NCBI GenBank assembly: GCA_904063045.1
Contig: CAJFCJ010000005.1
Location: 821,988-885,987 of the forward strand
Origin: Dimorphilus gyrociliatus
Taxonomy: Eukaryota > Animalia > Annelida
Direction: 5' to 3'
DNA length: 64,000 bases
The first letter of the stretch is position 1, and each line of letters starts with the position of its first letter. Shown here one piece after another: positions 40,566-52,700 of the stretch. A program made the position numbers and the translations under genes. The notes below the pieces were generated by a model. The model was not told the origin of the DNA. It saw nothing but the letters and a program-made list of their open reading frames with translations, and did not search any database.

Positions 40566-40664
40566 GAGCCAGAGACAGAGACACGAAGGTTAAACAGGCA
40601 ATCAAAATAAACTTGTAAATTGGACGCCTTAGTTCTGTATATTCTTTCAACTGTATTCGACTTA

Positions 40665-41587
40665 TTAATTAGCGCACAGTCCCCTCTCCTTAAATTCTTC
40701 GGTCCAATCTCTAATTGCATTATCAAAATCATCTCCTTGAGAATTATACCATTCGGTCTCCATAAGGTTTCTCACGTACTTTTCTATTCCCTGCCATCTA
40801 GATAGATTGAAATCTAATAAGAGCAAAGTTGTTATCGAGGCAGCCATTGCGAAATCAGCAAGAGTAGCCTGATCTCCGTTTAAAAACAATTCATCATCTT
40901 TAAAGCATAATTCATTAACTTTGTCAAGAGTATCGAATAGTTTCATTTTCTCCGTCTCGGTTGGATTTCGTTTGCCGAATTTCATGGCCCTCTGTTAGTT
41001 TTAAAATGAAATAGAATTGTAAAAACTAAAACCGTGTTCTCTCCCCTCTGGAGCTACAGTTGCATTTGCAGTTGCATTTACAGTTGCTGTTTGAAATTGA
41101 ACTTTGCAATTGCATGTATTTAGTAGTTTTTTCTCCTTCCATTTTTACTATTAACTAATTGAATCAACTTACAAGAACAGCTCTTATAGGCGGTTGTACG
41201 ACAGTTGCGTCGAAAAACAAATATCTATCAACAACCGCTCTTTTCCTAACATCTTTGGGATAAATTGCGTCCATTTCATCATTGGCATATTTATTAAAGA
41301 GAAATTTTTGAATAGCCCTCGATTCCCACAGAATAAAGCCATCATCAACGATTGTTGGTACTGTTTGATGAGGATTTAACTGAAATAAAAATATGATTAG
41401 AATATAAATAATTCAATGTAAAAACAATATCATTATGAGATACTTTTGCGAAGCTTTCCGTTTTATGATGACCTTTGAAAAGACTTAAATATTTCATATT
41501 CAACTCTACACCTAACGCCTTAGCCGTAAAGATAACAGCCCTACAAGGAGCGCTAGGTGTGACATAGTAGAAATTAATAGGAGCCAT
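40665..41587 (-). CDS. GST: Cytosolic glutathione S-transferase, delta/epsilon/theta-like, 3 exons, 225 aa
   Basis: Exons (- strand) 41587-41444, 41379-41173, 40991-40665 (678 nt). N-domain FYYVTPSAPCRAV (catalytic Ser), LNPHQTVPTIVDDGFILWESRAI, YPKDVRKRAVVDRYLFFD; C-domain N-capping TLADF. Confidence 0.92.
41057..41092. repeat. 3 x 12-bp tandem repeat in GST intron 2
   Basis: CAGTTGCATTTG CAGTTGCATTTA CAGTTGCTGTTT. Confidence 0.7.
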
Positions 41588-42338
41588 TGTTTTCTAGTAA
41601 AATTCCTTTTTCTAAATATCGATATTAAATGGATTCCAGTGAACAAATGGGACACAAGATAATAAGAGTTTTAGATTATGGGCCTTGAATTCAAGGTTTA
41701 TCTTATCTAGTTAGTTGTTTATTGGTTAACCTGTTAGTATCTATGAACGAAAGCTTGCTAGATGGTTATCAGATATTTTTTTCGCATAGATTCCTTACCA
41801 AAAACATGAAATTGTTAAAAACTAGGCAAAGGCATATTTCTTTATCAAAAGTTAGAATCAGAGACCGCGTTTCTTTGGCCTAAATTTAGGCCTTTAAGTG
41901 CCTTTCAATATGTTTAATTAATGTAACATTTTATTCCTAACCTTGTTGATTTCGTGTCAACAATAATTCTCCTTAATCTTTCACTTTATCACGAATTAAA
42001 AAAGAAAAAGCACATAAAATCTTATTTATTAAGTAATCTTGAAAATCATCCAAACAGTGGTGCCATCTCGATATGGACAATATTACTATAATATAAAATA
42101 GTACGAATAAATTGATTGTTACTTTTTTCGTGATGAAAATGTCTTTAATAGGGTAACATAAGAATAAAATTACATTGCAGATTATAGACTGAAAGTGTCC
42201 GTATAAAAAAGGTCAAATAGAACAGAGAAAGACTGTCGATAGTTGTATCTGACGTGAGAATAATAATGAGCTGGATTCTGGGCGGTGCAAATCTCAAAAG
42301 ACTTATTCATTCTACCGAATGAGAAGCGTGTGACACAG

Positions 42339-42398
42339 CTGCCCTTGCCCTACGCCAGAAAGCAACTAAATCCAATTGAATACTTTTTTTCTCATAAA
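42339..42398 (+). mobile_element. Possible highly decayed IS630/Tc1/mariner DDE-domain relic
   Basis: Translates LPLPYARKQLNPIEYFFSHK, resembling the LPPYSPDLNPIE-x-W motif around the catalytic Glu; flanked by stops. Confidence 0.3.
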
Positions 42399-43566
42399 GA
42401 GATCGACTCCTTCCGTCATGAGGTTTAATTTTTTTTTCATATATTTCTATCATCCGCCGATCATTTTACTTGAAAAATCTTCAACTTTTCCATAAGAAAG
42501 TGGAAGCGATCGGTATTCGTGTCTTTGTTGTGTTCTTGTACTTTTTACATAACTCGTAAGAAACTGCCAAACTAAGAGAAAATACAGGCAAGCGAATCAG
42601 TTAAGTATTCTATTATGACAAAGACATACTGTATATATTGCATCTAAGGTTTATATATTTATCAACTGCGACATTAGTAAGAGAAAAGGTAAGAGAATAA
42701 AGAAAAAGGAACTATAAAGTGTTTTCTAACGTTTCTCATTGCTTTTTTCTTTTAAATCGATATGAAAGATTTATTTTTATATTTTTTAAATCTGTAATCG
42801 ATTTATATGGTCTCTTAAAAAAGTCAGCTGAAAATATTGTTTACTCTCTCTCTCCCTCTCTTTCTCTCTTATCCTCCATCTTTCTTTTCACTGCTCTATA
42901 CTTCTTTTATGTATTTGCTTATAGTCATAAGGTGAAGACATCTGTTTATTCATATAGTTTATTTTTGTTTTGAGTTGGAAGAAATTAGGTCTTTTTTATA
43001 TAGTTTTAATAAAATTATTAAATAGTTAATGTACCTGAAAGGATATTACAAGTGTTAAGGGAATATCTATCTAATTGTCCTTAATTTGATAAAGTCTTAA
43101 CATTAAGGTTCACGTGACAAAAATAGAAAGAAAAGAGGAATGATACGTTAACTCAAATAATTTATATGTATATCTATATATACAATATAGATGTACAATT
43201 TCTCTCACCCATTCACCCACTCTCTCTCTCTCACTCTCGCTCTTCTTCTTCTTCTTCTCGCTGCAGTTTTTTAATTCTATTAATATTGCGTTTGTAATTT
43301 ATATTTAGAACTCTTAAAAATTATTATAGAAATCCAAAATAAAGAATCGGCTTGATGATTGAATTTTTTTTATTAAAAAAAAAAGAAACTAAAATAATAT
43401 AAAAGATTTACCATAGTAGAAAAGAAAACGAAAAAATAGATGATTTTTTGTTTTTTTAAAAAAAAAGGGCAATATTTATATATGTAATATAATTGTTATG
43501 TGATTAAATATCCTGTATTATTTACTTTTAACTTGTTCGGTTATATTTGTATATATACTCTTACAG

Positions 43567-45249
43567 ATCATCTCTGCAATTTGCCATTCCATTCATGTTA
43601 TTCTCTACAATAATTATAGAAGAGGTAGGTGTATGATAAAAAAGACATGCATGCCCTTCATTTAGTACTTTTTGGTCATAAATATGAACTTGAAAAAACA
43701 AGGAAACTTCCCTTCTAAGCACGGCAATCTATATATAGTTAATTTTCGTTCTAAGTATACAGTAGATATATATATATATATATATGTTGTATATTTATAG
43801 TATATATTTATATACAGAGTATTGAAGAACAGCTAATAAACTCATGCAAGAAAATATGCAAGGACAGCCATATAAAACGCGATAAACTAGCACAAAAGTA
43901 AGTAAATAACTCATTTTCACTCTACAGAAAAATCCACTCTGGTACAAATTTATTAGGTCTGAAAAATCTCTTCGATTTTCCCTAAATACTATGCAATTTT
44001 TCCCGTGTAATTTCCAAGTAAGTGAATATAATTTTTCATGATTTCGGGTTATTTAAATAATTTTCATTTTTCTTTTTTTCTCTCTTTAATAAGCTGTGCG
44101 AAAATTTTCGAAAGTTAAGAGAACAATCTTGCAGGAGGCAAAATAGGATTAAATTTTATGGAAAATCATTCAATTGGATCCCGTATTATTCTAGTTAGTA
44201 GTGAACAATAGATAAGGGACAGAAGGGGAGGGGGAACGGGGGAAAAGGGGAACGAAGGAGAGCAAAGGGAAAAAAAAAAGCTTATTATTAAATGGAAAAA
44301 TTAATATAATTTGTCTTGTTTGTTATTTAAACAGATGAGGAACCTTGCGAATTGTATTGTAAACCGGAAGGTTATGAAATATACAAAAAATTCGGTATTG
44401 TTAAAGACGGTAGCAGTTGCAATCCTGATAATGAGTACTCTATTTGTATCAATGGCAAATGTCAAGTAAGTTATTGCAGTCGTCTCATTTTTTATTCAGA
44501 TCCTATGACAGAACGCTTTACACTCTATTTAATCAGGATCTACTTTATTGGCTTTGAAATAAAATACACAATTCGACCATTTTTAAAAATCATTTCCCTT
44601 TAAATAATCCTATTTATTTTTTTTTGTTATCTCAAATAGAATGTCGGATGCGATGGAGCCTTAAATTCGGACAAACGATACGACGTGTGCAGGGTCTGTG
44701 GCGGGAATAATTCAACTTGTCACGTGATTAAAGGAGAATTCTCTAGGAATGATATCGGTTTTGGATATTTTACGATAGTAACAATACCCAAAGCGGCAGT
44801 AAATATCCGTATTTTTACTCAAGAACCTTCGTTTAACCATATTGGTAATTAATCTTTAATGAATTAATTAAAAACTAATGACTTTATTAATTTTATATTC
44901 TCTTTCCATGACCAGCAATAAAGCGATTGATGAATAATAAATTCCTAATGAATCGGTATGACAACGTACATAATGAGTTTCGCGGAGAAATAGATGGCGC
45001 TGTTTGGACTTATTCAACATCCAATAGAGGGCTCCATAATAAAAATAGAAAATTTTCCGCAATATTGACAGCAGATGGACCAATCAAACGATCAGTTGAA
45101 ATAATGGTCAGTCGATAAGCGTTTGCAATAAGTCGATATATTAATAACCATATCTGTCATTTTAATAACAGTTATTAAAAATGGGCCTAAACGACGGTGT
45201 AAAATACTCATATTCAATACGAAAAGACTTGCGGAAAACGAAAATTTAA
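43567..45249 (+). CDS. ADAMTS-like ancillary-module protein (distal Cys-rich region + spacer only); 5' end unresolved
   Basis: Exons 44335-44465 (DEEPCELYCKPEG...VKDGSSC...ICINGKCQ), 44640-44844 (NVGCDGALNSDKRYDVCRVCGGNNSTC...GYFTIVTIPKAAVNIRI), 44916-45106 (...LTADGPIKRSVEIM), 45172-45249 (LLKMGLNDGVKYSYSIRK...*). A tentative upstream in-phase exon is 43567-43624 (IISAICHSIHVILYNNYRR). No TSP1 or metalloprotease exons were found between the GST gene and here. Confidence 0.75.
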
Positions 45250-45432
45250 CATGTATACCATTCATAACTTTATATAGATACAGTTTAACTTGTAATGTAT
45301 AATATAGATTTACTATATATTGTATAATGATGTGAAATAAATATGTGTAAAACATTCCATAAACCAATAACGAAGTAAAAAGAACAAAAACCGTTTAGTA
45401 AAACAAAGACAGAGAGCAAGAGAGAGCAAGAA

Positions 45433-45466
<34 letters not shown>

Positions 45467-45811
45467 ACGTTTTGTTTGAAGACTAGTTTTGTACATACAA
45501 TACATTATTGATAAAACAGAAAAAGAACAAATTCTATTACACTATACAACATATGCTGCTTCCATAACTTCTATAATTTCATTCTTTCGGCTTTTTTTTC
45601 TATTAAAACTTATTTTAATGTGATAAAATACAAAAAAAAACCCAACCAACTATTATAATTTTGCAGCCATAGGTTATATGACAAAAGCCTATTTTTGCAG
45701 TCTTTTGAATTACATCAAACTTTCTCTGGTTTATTAAGTACATTTCCAATTGATCCGTTTAAATACATATTCGCCTCTCAAATTTAATCGGGAACGAACG
45801 CATATGTAAAC

Positions 45812-46316
45812 ATGAAATATTCAATTTTCATTGTTTCCTTTATTGGAATTTTAAATCTTTACGGGATTTTTGGATGTCTTGACGATGACAGCGATAATCA
45901 GGATAATGGTACAATAAATTCAACTCTTTTATTCAAAAGTCTATTAAATTAATACTACATCTATTCAAATATATTCAAAGTAGGTTGTGTTTACGTACAA
46001 TATCCATCTCATCAACTAGTGAATTCTGCCTTATCAATTGAGCCTAATGTCGACTGTGTTGGTAAATGTAAGAAATTATGCGAAAACAACGAAGGGTGCA
46101 AGTAGGTGTTTCTTTATTCATTCTCTACATTAAGACTTCTTTCATTGACATACGCCTATAAACTTAAAAATACAATGGAAACACAGATCTCTCGCCTATA
46201 ACGGAGAAGAACAAATCTGCTATATCTACAAGGAGGATAAGGACTCCGCACCGGAAAACTTCCAATCATACGCTTCTTTTGATTATTTTCAAAAAATTTG
46301 TCCGAAGAATAAATAA
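45812..46316 (+). CDS. Secreted single PAN/apple-domain micro-protein, 3 exons, 114 aa
   Basis: Exons 45812-45908 (signal MKYSIFIVSFIGILNLYGIFG + DDDSDNQDN), 45984-46101 (GCVYVQYP...KCKKLCENNEGCK), 46187-46316 (SLAYNGEEQICYIY...FDYFQKICPKNK*); 345 nt in frame. Not present in the supplied ORF track. Confidence 0.85.
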
Positions 46317-46612
46317 AACCTGCATAAATAAATTACGAAAACATGATAATTCCCTTCTTTCATTCTCTTTATCTCTTTTCTATTTTATCATATAAAGACG
46401 GCTTAGTTTTATTGCAGTTTTAATGATCTTATTACAGTACTATATTTACTTTGAATTACTAAATAAACGATGGAATAAAGGTATCAAAATATTTCGTAAT
46501 ATGGCGATTTATTGATAATGTTAATGCAATAGCATTTGACATAGTACACAAAACGAAGAGAGAGAGAGAGAGAGAGAGACAAACAGACAGAGGTTAGAAA
46601 TACCTAATCAAT

Positions 46613-47596
46613 CTAACAAAGGTTAACTTTCCCTAAGTATGAAAGCGTTTTTAAATCCATATCGTAGAAATAATAGTCATTTCCTTTAAAAAAAATTGTT
46701 GAATTTTCATTGTCAGCCAGTGTCAAAGCTGCTGTAGAATCAGGAATAATTCCAGGAAAATGCTCATTTTTTGTATCATTTATATGATAGCTAGTGCCCT
46801 TTGCGAGCCACGACATCCAAGTCTCAGACCATACCTCGTATATATAGGATCCTTTAAAGAAGTAGGCAGTAAGGAATGGTTTGTTGGGTTCAGAGCAAAA
46901 TTTACAGGTCATTCTTTCAAGCATTGCCCCTGGTCCCTGTGGCACATGATTACCAAGAGTATATTTAATATTTGCCCCATTGGTTCCACTAAACGCCTTG
47001 AAGGCGGGAAAATTGGAAAATTTATTGAAAGAATATGAAAACTCCCCCTTAAAAATGAAATAAATATATGACGAAAACATTTGCCTAACCAGTAGACCAT
47101 CAGTTCCAAATGTTCCCCAGTTTGTGAAAAATTTATTTATATGTTTTCTGGACGTAGGACCAGTTTGAAAGTCTGTCCAGTTATTATAAACTAACACAGC
47201 ATTACCGCTAATAAGAAAATATTTATTTTCAGTACTATCGTAAAATGCTCCATTGATACCTGGTTTTTGTTGTTTTCTGCCAAATAGCTCAAATTCAAAA
47301 TATCTGATATTTCTTTCTAAAGATTCGTTTAAATTTAAAAACTTTTCATAAATAACGCACTTTGAACAATTAGCTTCAAAAGAAAAGCCAGTACAATTTG
47401 CCCATTCAATACACATAAATGCACAATCGGTTATAGAATTGCCAACGTTAGTATGGATAATATTATCAAAAGATTCCAAGATTGAAGGGCTCTTTTGACT
47501 TGGAGATTGCCAAATTTGATCTCCAATTGATGGAGAGCCATCAAATTTATTTGAGTAGGCAATAAGAAAATTAGAAATCAACAATAGAACAATCAT
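46613..47596 (-). CDS. Secreted PAN-like + hemopexin-like (4-blade propeller) protein, intronless, 327 aa
   Basis: Signal MIVLLLISNFLIAYSN; PAN core ITDCAFMCIEWANCTGFSFEANCSKCVIY; blades INGAFYDSTENKYFLISGNAVLVY, YFIFKGEFSYSF, AYFFKGSYIYEV, STAALTLADNENSTIFFKGNDYYFYD. Confidence 0.8.
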   Translation of the reverse strand: MIVLLLISNFLIAYSNKFDGSPSIGDQIWQSPSQKSPSILESFDNIIHTNVGNSITDCAFMCIEWANCTGFSFEANCSKCVIYEKFLNLNESLERNIRYFEFELFGRKQQKPGINGAFYDSTENKYFLISGNAVLVYNNWTDFQTGPTSRKHINKFFTNWGTFGTDGLLVRQMFSSYIYFIFKGEFSYSFNKFSNFPAFKAFSGTNGANIKYTLGNHVPQGPGAMLERMTCKFCSEPNKPFLTAYFFKGSYIYEVWSETWMSWLAKGTSYHINDTKNEHFPGIIPDSTAALTLADNENSTIFFKGNDYYFYDMDLKTLSYLGKVNLC

Positions 47597-48839
47597 ATTT
47601 TTTTAATATCTCAGCAGAGTAAAGAGGCGAAACTAATAGGAGCAGGGTGAGAAGGATTTTAGATCTTTAAAGAAACCGACCACATGAATGAGTGCTTTTC
47701 TTCCTCAAAAGATTTCCTATACTAGTTTTGATTATTCAATAAACTTCCGTTTCTACAACATTAATTATTCATAAAAGCACTAAGTTCTTCAATGAAATAT
47801 ACAATGATTTATTAATTTAAAAATATATAACGATAACGGTGTACTAGAACTTGAGGCAACAACTTTCAGGTCACAGCTATCCATTTCAGGAAGAATTCTA
47901 CTCATTTTTACCCCAGTGATGGCCTATCATGGAATTTGAAGGAATCCAAAATTTCAAAATTGTCAAGTATACATTAATTCAACATGCGAGGCATAAATTT
48001 CAATACTTTTTCCATTTTTTAGCAAAGATAAGGTGGTCAGTTCCACAGCTTCTGGGAATTCTAGAAAAAAGAAACTGGGACATTTTCTTTCCTTTTTCTA
48101 TAAGATCGATTAATCAATTAATTCATAAACCAGTAGAATACAATATAGAAAACACGTGTTTCTGTAAAGAACAATAATGTTATTTTTATATTTAAGAAAA
48201 GTCACCATTTCAAGCAGTGGCTGTCAGAGATGAGAAATCTCATCTAATGAAGGGTAAAAAGCAACATAAGAGGATGAAACTGTTTCTTGAATACTATCCT
48301 ACAAGCTCTATTTTTTACCTTTTTGATAAAACATCATACAAGTTGTTCTTATAGATGGATAAATAGATAGATAAACAGATAGTATACTCATACAACTCTA
48401 AACTTTTTAAGAGTACAATTAGAGATGTTCTCTTAAAAGAAACAATTAGAAAATTATCTTTTTGGGGGAAGCCGGTCAATAGTCGATAATTAAAATGAAC
48501 GAACAATGTTACACAGTACTTTAAAGATTTCCAATACAAATTTGAATAATTCAATAAAATTTCATTTCTACAATATTAATCATTCATAAAAGTAACTTTA
48601 ATTTATCAATGAATTATGCAATGAATAATTAATGAAGAAATTAATATACAACTAAATGAAAATAGTAGAAAAACAAAACAATTTTATAATTAAAACTAAA
48701 CAGAACGTTATATACTAACGTTCCGTTCACATTACATGATATGAGTGAATGTGTGTTAGTGTGCGAGTTTCAGTGTCTGAGCGTCACTTAAGAAGGGAGT
48801 TTGACTTAGCCCAGAGTCGGGACAGTCCAACTTGATGTT

Positions 48840-48944
48840 ATGCCACATCGTTGATAACGACGTGGCATGAACGTGGCATGAATGTGGCAATACAGATGAG
48901 CACAGTCAAACACCCAATTAAGTGACACTAACAAAGTATAAAAG
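48840..48944 (+). promoter_or_regulatory. Candidate promoter of the giant PAN gene: four TGCCAC(G/A)T sites (palindrome + 11-bp tandem) and a TATA box
   Basis: ATGCCACATCGTT-GAT-AACGACGTGGCAT (12/13 paired, 48840-48868); CGTGGCATGAA x2 + TGTGGCAA (48861-48890); TATAAAAG at 48937-48944. An acceptor-like CAG at 49740-49742 lies just before the ATG at 49746. Confidence 0.45.
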
Positions 48945-49745
48945 GGAGTGAATGTAATAGAACGGTGTGAGAGACCAAAAGAATATCAAATAAAATTTAT
49001 ACGAAATTCTTAGGAATTTCGTGCTATAAGCGAAAAACAAAATCTTATAAAAAAACTATTAAATCTATGTTTCTAACTTGAACTTTTTAAAGTTTTGGAC
49101 AAACAAAACATAACCAAAAATTTCAAGCTGTTAATAAACATAAATTAAATATATATAAATTTAATTGTTGTATAAGATGCTAAATCCACAGATGTTTTCT
49201 TATATAGAGTTCAGAAGCGTATAAATTTATGTTCCGGGAATGGGAAATTTGTTCATTTCCATCATTTTAAACTGAAAGTTAATTAGTTAATTTCTTAAAT
49301 TGTTAATATAACTACAAATACAAATATATTAAACAATTTTACATTGGTAAACTTTAATAAAAACCCAAAAAACAATTGAAAATTTGTTACATAAGCACAA
49401 AGAGTCCGCCATTTAAACATGAAAAAAAAAAAAGAAATAAATTTATATGACTAATCATTTATGTTTCTATTTTCGATTTATCAATATTTAAAAATTAACA
49501 AATGAAATCGAAAATTACAACAGCCCGTTATATTCATTTGACAGCAATAAAAAGAAATTTATATTAAAGCATAAGCCAAATTTATAAAACTAATATTCGT
49601 AAAGAAACATTCGTTTTAGCAATAGGGTGTAACAAAATTCCATAAATTATTAGGATAAATTACTTGTACAACAAAAACATATCTTGATTTATCAGTGAGT
49701 ATCTCTCAGAACTATATTTTGAATTAACATACTTCGAAGCAGGAT

Positions 49746-52700
49746 ATGGGAAACTTCCAAAACTTCATTTTCCTCATTTTACTACTATCGACTACTTTAA
49801 TACAATGTCAGGATGATTCAATACCCTTAGAAGAACTACCAGGAAAAATAGAGCCATGTGACGAAGACACAAACACCACTAACAGTGGAGAAAAAACAAC
49901 AACTTCAACTTTTAATGGAGAACAAGAAACAACAACATCTGGTGGAGAGGGAACTACTTCATCAAATGAAGAACAGAAATTTTCCACTCCCTCGCCTGGT
50001 GAACAAGAAACGACCTCATCTAGTGAAGGAACAGAAAAATCAACTTCTGGTACACAAGGAACAACTTCATCAAGTGAAGGACAAGAATTGACTACACCTT
50101 CATCTGGTGGAAAGGGAACAACATCATCCAGTGAAGAACAAGGATTTACTACTCCTTCATCAGGTGGACAAGAGACAACTTCGTCTAGTGAAGGACAAGG
50201 ATTTACTACTCCTTCATCAGGTGGACAAGAAACAACTTCATCTACCGAAGGACAAGAATTGACTACTCCTTCGTCAGGTGGACAGGGAACAACATCATCC
50301 AATGAAGGACAAGAATTCACTACACCTTCGTCAGGTGGACAAGGAACAACATCATCCAGTGAAGGACAAGAATTGACTACACCTTCGTCAGGTGGAGAAG
50401 GAACAACATCATCCAGTGAAGAACAAGGATTTACTACTCCTTCATCAGGTGGACAAGAGACAACTTCGTCTAGTGAAGGACAAGGATTGACTACTCCTTC
50501 ATCAGGTGGACAAGGAACAACTTCATCTGGTGAAGGACAAGAATTGACTACTCCTTCGTCAGGTGGACAAGGAACAACATCATCCAGTGAAGGACAAGAA
50601 TTGACTACACCTTCGTCAGGTGGAGAAGGAACAACATCATCCAGTGAAGAACAAGGATTTACTACTCCTTCATCAGGTGGACAAGAGACAACTTCGTCTA
50701 GTGAAGGACAAGGATTGACTACTCCTTCATCAGGTGGACAAGGAACAACTTCATCTGGTGAAGGACAAGAATTGACTACTCCTTCGTCAGGTGGACAAGG
50801 AACAACATCATCCAGTGAAGGACAAGAATTGACTACACCTTCGTCAGGTGGAGAAGGAACAACATCATCCAGTGAAGAACAAGGATTTACTACTCCTTCA
50901 TCAGGTGGACAAGAGACAAATTCGTCTAGTGAAGGACAAGGATTGACTACTCCTTCATCAGGTGGACAAGGAACAACTTCATCTGGTGAAGGACAAGAAT
51001 TGACTACTCCTTCGTCAGGTGGACAAGGAACAACATCATCCAGTGAAGGACAAGAATTGACTACACCTTCGTCAGGTGGAGAAGGAACAACATCATCCAG
51101 TGAAGAACAAGGATTTACTACTCCTTCATCAGGTGGACAAGAGACAACTTCGTCTAGTGAAGGACAAGGATTGACTACTCCTTCATCAGGTGGACAAGGA
51201 ACAACTTCATCTGGTGAAGGACAAGAATTGACTACTCCTTCGTCAGGTGGACAAGGAACAACATCATCCAGTGAAGGACAAGAATTGACTACACCTTCGT
51301 CAGGTGGAGAAGGAACAACATCATCCAGTGAAGAACAAGGATTTACTACTCCTTCATCAGGTGGACAAGAGACAAATTCGTCTAGTGAAGGACAAGGATT
51401 GACTACTCCTTCATCAGGTGGACAGGGAACAACTTCATCTGGTGAAGGACAAGAATTGACTACTCCTTCGTCAGGTGGAGAAGGAACAACATCATCCAGT
51501 GAAGGACAAGAATTGACTACTCCTTCGTCAGGTGGAGAAGGAACAACATCATCCAGTGAAGAACAAGGATTTACTACTCCTTCATCAGGTGGACAAGAGA
51601 CAACTTCGTCTAGTGAAGGACAAGGATTGACTACTCCTTCATCAGGTGGACAGGGAACAACTTCATCTGGTGAAGGACAAGAATTGACTACTCCTTCGTC
51701 AGGTGGACAAGGAACAACATCATCCAGTGAAGAACAAGGATTTACTACTCCTTCGTCAGGTGGACAAGAGACAACTTCGTCTAGTGAAGGACAAGGATTG
51801 ACTACTCCTTCATCAGGTGGACAGGGAACAACTTCATCTGGTGAAGGACAAGAATTGACTACTCCTTCGTCAGGTGGACAAGGAACAACATCATCCAGTG
51901 AAGAACAAGGATTTACTACTCCTTCATCAGGTGGACAAGAGACAACTTCGTCTAGTGAAGGACAAGGATTGACTACTCCTTCATCAGGTGGACAGGGAAC
52001 AACTTCATCTGGTGAAGGACAAGAATTGACTACTCCTTCGTCAGGTGGAGAAGGAACAACATCATCCAATGAAGGACAAGAATTGACTACACCTTCGTCA
52101 GGTGGAGAAGGAACAACATCATCTGGTGAAGGACAAGAATTGACTACTCCTTCGTCAGGTGGACAAGGAACAACATCATCCAATGAAGGACAAGAATTGA
52201 CTACACCTTCGTCAGGTGGAGAAGGAACAACATCATCTGGTGAAGGACAAGAATTGACTACACCTTCGTCAGGTGGAGAAGGAACAACATCATCTGGTGA
52301 AGGACAAGAATTGACTACACCTTCGTCAGGTGGAGAAGGAACAACATCATCCAATGAAGGACAAGAATTGACTACACCTTCGTCAGGTGGAGAAGGAACA
52401 ACTTCATCTGGTGAAGGACAAGAATTGACTACTCCTTCGTCAGGTGGACAAGAGACAACTTCGTCTAGTGAAGGACAAGGATTGACTACTCCTTCATCAG
52501 GTGGACAGGGAACAACTTCATCTGGTGAAGGACAAGAATTGACTACACCTTCGTCAGGTGGACAAGGAACAACATCATCCAGTGAAGAGCAAGGATTTAC
52601 TACTGCTTCGTCAGGTGGACAAGGAACAACATCATCCAATGAAGGACAAGGATTGACTACTCCTTTGTCAGGTGGAGAAGGAACAACTTCATCCAATGAA

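Noticed and set aside
44335-44468. Alternative frame of the ADAMTS-like exon reading as a hydrophobic peptide (MRNLANCIVNRKVMKY…VAVAILIMSTLFVSMANVK*)
   Set aside because: The other frame carries the conserved ADAMTS cysteine pattern and splices in phase; the hydrophobic reading ends at a stop.
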